This document shows, in pieces, positions 58,493 through 64,000 of a stretch of DNA of 64,000 nt (positions within the stretch are counted from its first letter, which is position 1; the number at the start of each line of letters is the position of its first letter). This stretch comes from a virus: the IMG/VR virus record IMGVR_UViG_3300042914_002215. One strand, 5' to 3'. A program made the translations under genes and the position numbers. The notes under the pieces were generated by a model. The model was not told the origin of the DNA. It ran no database searches and was given only the letters and a program-made list of their open reading frames with translations.

Positions 58493-59803
58493 GTGGCACA
58501 GTTTAGAACGGACTTACATAAGATAGATTCGGGACAAGTATTCACTCGTTATGAAGTGAATATGATGTCTGATCGTCTTTCACCATCTGGCACATTGACA
58601 GATGCGTTTGGCCGTTTGCGTATATCACAACCACTTACTCTATTTGATAGCACACACCGTTTTGCTGACAATGGATTGTGGGTAACATCAAACACAGCAG
58701 GAAATAGTTCATATGCTTTTGTGAATAATCAAAGCATGATTACGATGACTGTAGAAACAACTGCAAATGCAGAAGTCATTCGTGAAACAACAAAAGTATT
58801 TTCATATCAGCCAGGCAAATCTTTGTTGATGATGTCAACATTTGCTATGGAAACACCAAAAGCAAATCTCCGTCAAAGAGTTGGATACTATGGTGCTGAG
58901 AATGGTATTTACTTTGAAAATGACGGCACAACAAACTACTTTGTATTGAAAAGTAATACAACAGGAACAATCACAGAGACAAAAGTTGCACAATCAAATT
59001 GGAATGTAGACAAGTTTGATGGCACAGGTTACTCAGCACAGAGTGGTGGTGCAGAACATACTGGTGGACTTGATGTGAGTAAAACAAACATTCTTTGGAT
59101 GGATATTGAGTGGTTAGGTGTTGGTGATGTTCGTTGTGGTTTTGTAGTTGATGGAAAAATGCTTCCAGCACACATATTCCACAATGACAATAAAAACATT
59201 GTTCCTTACATGACAACTGCAACATTACCGTTGCGATATGAAATCAAGAATACTGGAGTTACCGCAAGTAACTCAACAATGAAGCAAATCTGCTCAACAG
59301 TAATTTCAGAGGGTGGATACGAATTATATGGCTCACAACAGGCAATTCAAACACCTGTCACTGCTCCAATAGATTTGCCTGTCCCAGGAACATATTATAA
59401 TTTGATTTCTTTGAGATTGAAATCGGGTAGATTAGACGCAGTTGCTATTCTTACTGCAATTTCATTGCTGGGTGTGACAAACAATGCATACTATAACTGG
59501 CAAGTTAGAGCGAGCGGTACTACAACAGGTGGAACATGGGTAAGTGCAGGAGATAATTCTGCGATAGAATATAAAATAGATGCTGCAACGATTACTGGTG
59601 GAAGAATATTAGCATCAGGATTTACAACAGCCACAACACAAAGTGCTGTGCCTGTAGATATTCTCAAAGAAGCATTGTTCAAGTTTCAATTAGAAAGAAA
59701 TGGTTTAACCGGCACACCGTATGAACTGACACTGTGTGCCGCATCTCAAACTGCTGGTGCTGATATCTACGCATCAATGGATTGGGAAGAGATTACAAGA
59801 TAA
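58493..59803 (+). CDS. Putative virion structural protein
   Basis: GTG start; Thr/Gly/Ser-rich beta-type composition; DAFGRLR motif. Confidence 0.6.
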   Translation: MAQFRTDLHKIDSGQVFTRYEVNMMSDRLSPSGTLTDAFGRLRISQPLTLFDSTHRFADNGLWVTSNTAGNSSYAFVNNQSMITMTVETTANAEVIRETTKVFSYQPGKSLLMMSTFAMETPKANLRQRVGYYGAENGIYFENDGTTNYFVLKSNTTGTITETKVAQSNWNVDKFDGTGYSAQSGGAEHTGGLDVSKTNILWMDIEWLGVGDVRCGFVVDGKMLPAHIFHNDNKNIVPYMTTATLPLRYEIKNTGVTASNSTMKQICSTVISEGGYELYGSQQAIQTPVTAPIDLPVPGTYYNLISLRLKSGRLDAVAILTAISLLGVTNNAYYNWQVRASGTTTGGTWVSAGDNSAIEYKIDAATITGGRILASGFTTATTQSAVPVDILKEALFKFQLERNGLTGTPYELTLCAASQTAGADIYASMDWEEITR

Positions 59804-59826
59804 TAAAACTAAATCAGGAGAACAAC

Positions 59827-60870
59827 ATGTCAATTTTCAATGACAAAGCACTGAAAGGTGTAGCAGAAGCAGCAGCAAAAATCATGGCAGAAACAAGCCA
59901 TGGTCTAAAGGGTAATCAGCATAAAATTGATGCCAACAAAAATGGTAAAATTGATGCTCATGACTTCAAACTTCTACGTGCAGGTAAAAAGCCAGCGATG
60001 AAGAAAGAAGAAGTTGAACAAATTGATGAACTGTCAAGAAGTAGTTTAGCATCATATACTAATAAAGCAGCACGTAATATGTCTACAATGACGGGAATAG
60101 CCGCAAAACAAACAACACCAGGAGGTAATCCTAAAAAAGGCACCGAAGAAAAGGCTAAAAAAATTGCTAATACCATTAGCAAAAGAATGCATGGTATCAA
60201 TAAGGCAACATCTCGTTTGGCTAAAGAAGAAGTTGAATTGAACGAAGAAACAGAACAACTTCAAGAGTATGAGTCAAAAGGTGGTACATATCAGCACAAA
60301 GGTAATTACGGCACTTCATACAAGACAGATGAAGAAGGTAATGAAATCAAGCCAGCAAAACAAAAAGGCTACGGTGCTCGTCAAAACTATGTTCGTGGCA
60401 CAAGCACAGGCGAAAAGAAAAAGATGAAAGAAGAACTATCATTCACAGAAATGCTTGAACTGTACAACGAGCATGGTCTAAAAGTTCTTGCACCAATTGA
60501 AAAAGAAGAACAACAAATTGGTGATCAAACAGTTGAAGTTATTGATGCCGACAAAGTAAATGGTGTTGTTGCAACTATCGTTGAAGAGCCAACAGAAGAA
60601 GAGTTCAACAAAGAATTGAAAGATCAACAAGATAGTTTTGCTGGTAAAAAGAAACAACCAAAAGTTGCTGCTGGTAAAACAACTGGTGTAAAAGTTATGC
60701 CAGAAGAAGTTGAACTTGATGAGCGCACATTGACATCTGGTGAAGCCAAAAAGAAAGAAGAGTATGTCAAAGGCATGAAGAAAGGTCTTTCTGGTTTCAA
60801 ACAGCGTTATGGTGAACGTGCTAAATCAGTAATGTACGCAACAGCAACTAAGATGGCAAAGAAAGACTAA
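59827..60870 (+). CDS. Modular putative internal head protein with EF-hand-like motif
   Basis: IDANKNGKIDAHDF; modules separated by QIDE, ELNE, LQE, ELDE. Confidence 0.6.
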   Translation: MSIFNDKALKGVAEAAAKIMAETSHGLKGNQHKIDANKNGKIDAHDFKLLRAGKKPAMKKEEVEQIDELSRSSLASYTNKAARNMSTMTGIAAKQTTPGGNPKKGTEEKAKKIANTISKRMHGINKATSRLAKEEVELNEETEQLQEYESKGGTYQHKGNYGTSYKTDEEGNEIKPAKQKGYGARQNYVRGTSTGEKKKMKEELSFTEMLELYNEHGLKVLAPIEKEEQQIGDQTVEVIDADKVNGVVATIVEEPTEEEFNKELKDQQDSFAGKKKQPKVAAGKTTGVKVMPEEVELDERTLTSGEAKKKEEYVKGMKKGLSGFKQRYGERAKSVMYATATKMAKKD

Positions 60871-60871
60871 T

Positions 60872-62155
60872 ATGAAAGTCAAACCTCTAAAAATCAAAAT
60901 AAAGCAGCAGCCGCCAACTGCTGCTGAGAGGTTATATCAGAGACATCAGGCAATTCGTAAAGAAAAAGGATTGCCTGATCCATCCGAATATAAAAAGAAG
61001 TTGGAAGGTATGAAAGAAGATACCGAACAACTTGATGAGATGCCAGAATCAAGTATGAAAACACGTGATGTACATTCACACTTGAAGAAAGCAGGTTGGG
61101 CAATAGCAAGAACTGGTGGTGGTCATGACATTTATAGTCATCCACAAGCAAAGCGTATTATTGCCGTGCCAAGACATAAACAATTGAAAGCACCTCTCAT
61201 CAAAGGTATTCTCAAAGCATCAAAGGTATCTGAAGAAACAGAGATTGAAGAACAATTAGAGAAGAAGGGGCGATTCGTGTCTGGACCACCAAAGAAAACA
61301 TTCAAAGCACCTACGATTGTATCGCCAATGAAAGAAGCAAAAGACACACGTGAATATGATTATGAAGGTGATATGGCAATGTCACAACTTCGTTCATTGG
61401 TATTCAATGCAGAAGATTTGATGGAAATGATGGATGAGAATACAAATCTTCCTGAGTGGGTACAATCAAAGATTACACTTGCTGAAGATTATATCTCTAC
61501 AGCAGCAAACTATCTGCGTGGTGAATTGACAGAAGAAGTGAATCTAAATGAAGGTCGTCCATCTCAGCGTCATCCATTAGAAGATCATGATTATCACAAG
61601 AAGTCTAATGATGCATTGGTTCATATCGCAAAAGATGCTCATCAAGCAGCAGAAGCAATGAAGGGTCACAATACACAAGCAGAAAACAAGTATCGTGATC
61701 AAGCAAATGATTCTGCAACTGTAAGACATTGGAGAAGTAAGAATGGTATGCCTGATTGGTACAGAAAGAAATACGGGCATGTAATTGATGGTAAAGTAAT
61801 GCTCCCTGTACACACAGGTAGTATGAAAAAAGAAGAGATTGAGTATCTTGAAGAAAAGAATGCTCCAACTAATCCTGAACTGTGGTCAAGAGCAAAAGCA
61901 CTTGCACGTTCCAAATTTGATGTGTATCCATCAGCATACGCTAATGGCTGGGCAGCAAAGTGGTACAAGTCCAAAGGCGGTGGTTGGAAAACTGTCAGTG
62001 AAGAAGCAGAAGAGCCAAGCATGGCAGCAAGAACTCTGTCACGTAAAGCACAGATCGTAAAAGATGCTGCGAAAAGCAAGAAAAACGAAGCAGAAGAGGC
62101 ATCGGACAAGTTTCAAAAAGACCCCGAATTGTCCAGCGATATACAGAAAACATAA
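60872..62155 (+). CDS. Modular protein containing a HicA-like RNase domain
   Basis: LKKAGW...GGHDIYSHP....IAVPRH...LIKGILK bounded by QLDE and VSEE; further modules after LNE and LEE. Confidence 0.7.
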   Translation: MKVKPLKIKIKQQPPTAAERLYQRHQAIRKEKGLPDPSEYKKKLEGMKEDTEQLDEMPESSMKTRDVHSHLKKAGWAIARTGGGHDIYSHPQAKRIIAVPRHKQLKAPLIKGILKASKVSEETEIEEQLEKKGRFVSGPPKKTFKAPTIVSPMKEAKDTREYDYEGDMAMSQLRSLVFNAEDLMEMMDENTNLPEWVQSKITLAEDYISTAANYLRGELTEEVNLNEGRPSQRHPLEDHDYHKKSNDALVHIAKDAHQAAEAMKGHNTQAENKYRDQANDSATVRHWRSKNGMPDWYRKKYGHVIDGKVMLPVHTGSMKKEEIEYLEEKNAPTNPELWSRAKALARSKFDVYPSAYANGWAAKWYKSKGGGWKTVSEEAEEPSMAARTLSRKAQIVKDAAKSKKNEAEEASDKFQKDPELSSDIQKT

Positions 62156-62158
62156 ATA
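62151..62158 (+). promoter_or_regulatory. Late-promoter-like box
   Basis: CATAAATA upstream of 62187 ORF. Confidence 0.6.
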
Positions 62159-62186
62159 ACTAATCAAAGATTTATAGGAGAAAAAC

Positions 62187-62765
62187 ATGTCACTTTGGGG
62201 AAACGTAGATGCATCTAACAATGCTCCAAACTTTTCAGGTCTAACTGGCTACGATACATCAACTACAGGTGAAAGTCTGGCTAACTCTCAGCCTTCATCA
62301 GTATTTGGTAATACATATATCAGCGCCACAAGAACAGGTGTGGAGTTTGGTGTATTTGGTATTGATGCCACAGAAGAAGGACTTATCACTGACGGACAGC
62401 CAACACACGCTGGTTGGGTAGCACGTACAAAGGGTGCTGGTCCAGTTGTATCAGTCACAGCAAACACTGATGCTGTAGGTCCTGCTGCAACAGCATGTAC
62501 ATATACACTTGTTATTTCAAACGGTGGTATAAACAATACTGCTGCTCAAGTTAGCGTAACTACTGCTGCTACTGGTAGAATCTCTAGCATTTCAATTCTG
62601 AACGGTGGTTTGTATACTGCTACACCAACAGCAAATACATTCGGTAACACTGCATTCACCTTCACAATGGGTGGACGCAATGGTCGCACCACATTTGAAA
62701 CTCTGGTAGCAATGGGTTCAATGACTGGTGATGCTTCCGACGACGCTATTGCGCCTGATTCCTAA
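62187..62765 (+). CDS. Putative virion structural protein
   Basis: MSLWG start, HAGWV, ETLVAM; Thr/Gly/Ala-rich. Confidence 0.6.
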   Translation: MSLWGNVDASNNAPNFSGLTGYDTSTTGESLANSQPSSVFGNTYISATRTGVEFGVFGIDATEEGLITDGQPTHAGWVARTKGAGPVVSVTANTDAVGPAATACTYTLVISNGGINNTAAQVSVTTAATGRISSISILNGGLYTATPTANTFGNTAFTFTMGGRNGRTTFETLVAMGSMTGDASDDAIAPDS

Positions 62766-62774
62766 TATATTATA

Positions 62775-62796
62775 GCGGCTGGCTTCGGTCAGCCGC
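62775..62796 (+). terminator. UUCG hairpin (terminator or stabiliser)
   Basis: GCGGCTGGC-TTCG-GTCAGCCGC; no strong T tract. Confidence 0.5.
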
Positions 62797-62803
62797 ATTC
62801 ATT

Positions 62804-63196
62804 ATGTCGTTTGAAAATCTAACTGATGAGAATATGATGTTGTACGCAGCCAAGGCCTACGATAAGCCTAACTGTATCATGAGTGAGTTTACCGAAGATA
62901 TGAAGCGATTGAATTATCTCAAACGACTATTCAGGCGTTACAAGAAACATGGTGAAATGCGTGAACGTCTGATACTCAATCACATTGTAGTTCTCTACAA
63001 TCTGTTCGGACCAGAAGTAACAACAAGATTATTGTTCTTCAGTGCAAATAAAGAAGATTACACAATACTGAAAACTTATTTGTTATTTCTAAATCTAATG
63101 CCCGAGCGTGTTCGTGGCATCAATGGCAAAGATATTCTGTCCTCTGATATAGCAGTTGATATGGATATAGCAGAAGTTCTAAGAAATCTAAAATGA
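62804..63196 (+). CDS. Conserved T4-like hypothetical protein
   Basis: YAAKAYDKP.C, RERLILNHIVVLYNLFG. Confidence 0.7.
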   Translation: MSFENLTDENMMLYAAKAYDKPNCIMSEFTEDMKRLNYLKRLFRRYKKHGEMRERLILNHIVVLYNLFGPEVTTRLLFFSANKEDYTILKTYLLFLNLMPERVRGINGKDILSSDIAVDMDIAEVLRNLK

Positions 63197-63924
63197 CAAT
63201 CATCATAGGACCAGGCATAACAATTACCGGTGGTATTGGTGTCAATGGTGGTGTTCCTCCGCCATTACCTTCTGGTGTTTATACATTAGAAGTTGGAACA
63301 AAAGCGCCCGTTCTTGGCGCTGGCGCACAAAATCCTTTTCCTGCATCTGGTTGGACATCCATCATTTCTTCAACAGGTGATGATGCCAACACGAATGTGT
63401 CTTTACCATTTACATGGACATATAACGCTAATAATTACACAAGTTTTTTTCCAAACTCAAACTATTATGTAACGTTTGGTTCCGGCTCAAATCAGTTCAA
63501 TAGTTTGAGTGCGTCATCACCAGCACTAAACAAAATATATTTTGCTGGTGTTGATAACTCTTGGCAAAGAGTGTCCACATTTGTTTCTGGCACAGACTAT
63601 AGAAGATTGCGTTGGGAAGGCACGGCTTCTACTACTGGCACACCAGGTAATCCTAACATGGTGTATGAATTGACATTCTTCAACCCAAGTTTGACTGGCG
63701 GTAATCCTTGGTTAGAGTTGCTTGTCGGCGTACAGGCAAGAGGAAATTCAAATCCTGCTGTTATTTCTGGATTATACAGTTCAAGCGCAAAACTGACAGG
63801 TGGTGATTTGGGACCATCAAATCGTGGTGTCACTGCTAATCAGAGTTATGTTATGGTAGGGAATAGTACAGGAACATCATGGACTGTATATACTGGTTAT
63901 AATGTTGGTGGAACAGGGTACTAA
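63193..63924 (+). CDS. Putative virion/fibre-associated protein
   Basis: IIIGPGITITGGI N-terminus; Gly/Ser/Thr/Asn-rich. Confidence 0.5.
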   Translation: MTIIIGPGITITGGIGVNGGVPPPLPSGVYTLEVGTKAPVLGAGAQNPFPASGWTSIISSTGDDANTNVSLPFTWTYNANNYTSFFPNSNYYVTFGSGSNQFNSLSASSPALNKIYFAGVDNSWQRVSTFVSGTDYRRLRWEGTASTTGTPGNPNMVYELTFFNPSLTGGNPWLELLVGVQARGNSNPAVISGLYSSSAKLTGGDLGPSNRGVTANQSYVMVGNSTGTSWTVYTGYNVGGTGY

Positions 63925-63940
63925 TAACATAAATAAACTC

Positions 63941-64000
63941 ATGTCTAACGAACTCAAAAAAGAATGTGGTCAAGGCTACTACTGGTGCAATACAGATAAA
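63941..64000 (+). CDS. Start of a truncated ORF (MSNELKKECGQGYYWCNTDK)
   Basis: CATAAATA late box at 63928-63935; runs off window. Confidence 0.45.
   Translation, partial: MSNELKKECGQGYYWCNTDK

Noticed and set aside
811-63833. Minus-strand and nested alternative-frame ORFs in the track
   Set aside because: They overlap well-supported plus-strand genes and show no recognisable motifs; treated as shadow ORFs.
1-64000. CRISPR arrays, tRNAs, introns/inteins, stop-codon recoding
   Set aside because: None seen by eye; intergenic gaps are short and core genes (gp17, gp43, gp41, gp23) are of normal length and uninterrupted in the standard code.

Overview
This window is a 64-kb, almost entirely plus-strand segment of a T4-like myophage (cyanophage/pelagiphage-style gene order; host probably a beta/gamma-proteobacterium, inferred only from the ErpA and Hsp20 sequences). 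It carries the head/tail/packaging core (gp15-gp23, gp3), recombination and replication genes (uvsY, uvsW, gp55, gp47/46, gp45/44/62, regA, gp43, uvsX, gp41) and several accessory inserts. The main candidates for undescribed biology are: (1) a late-expressed set of mosaic ORFs (55.2-62.2 kb) built from small modules (nucleotidyltransferase, P-loop kinase, a HicA-like RNase with no antitoxin, small basic domains) separated by gp21-type [ILV]-x-E sites, the first two starting with T4 capsid-targeting-like leaders, which suggests head-packaged, protease-matured effector polyproteins; (2) a glycosylation island encoding a 2-epi-5-epi-valiolone synthase-type cyclase with a kinase, nucleotidyltransferase, SDR, methyltransferase and GT-like proteins, a possible phage carbasugar pathway; (3) a B12 radical SAM/transketolase/heptose kinase/ColD-like unusual-sugar cluster near a TAGT/GREB1-like DNA glycosyltransferase locus. 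Smaller items are a restriction-modification-like pair between gp44 and gp62, terminator hairpins overlapping consensus -35 boxes, an H-type pseudoknot leader and a ROSE-like thermometer. All family assignments come from motif recognition, without database searches.
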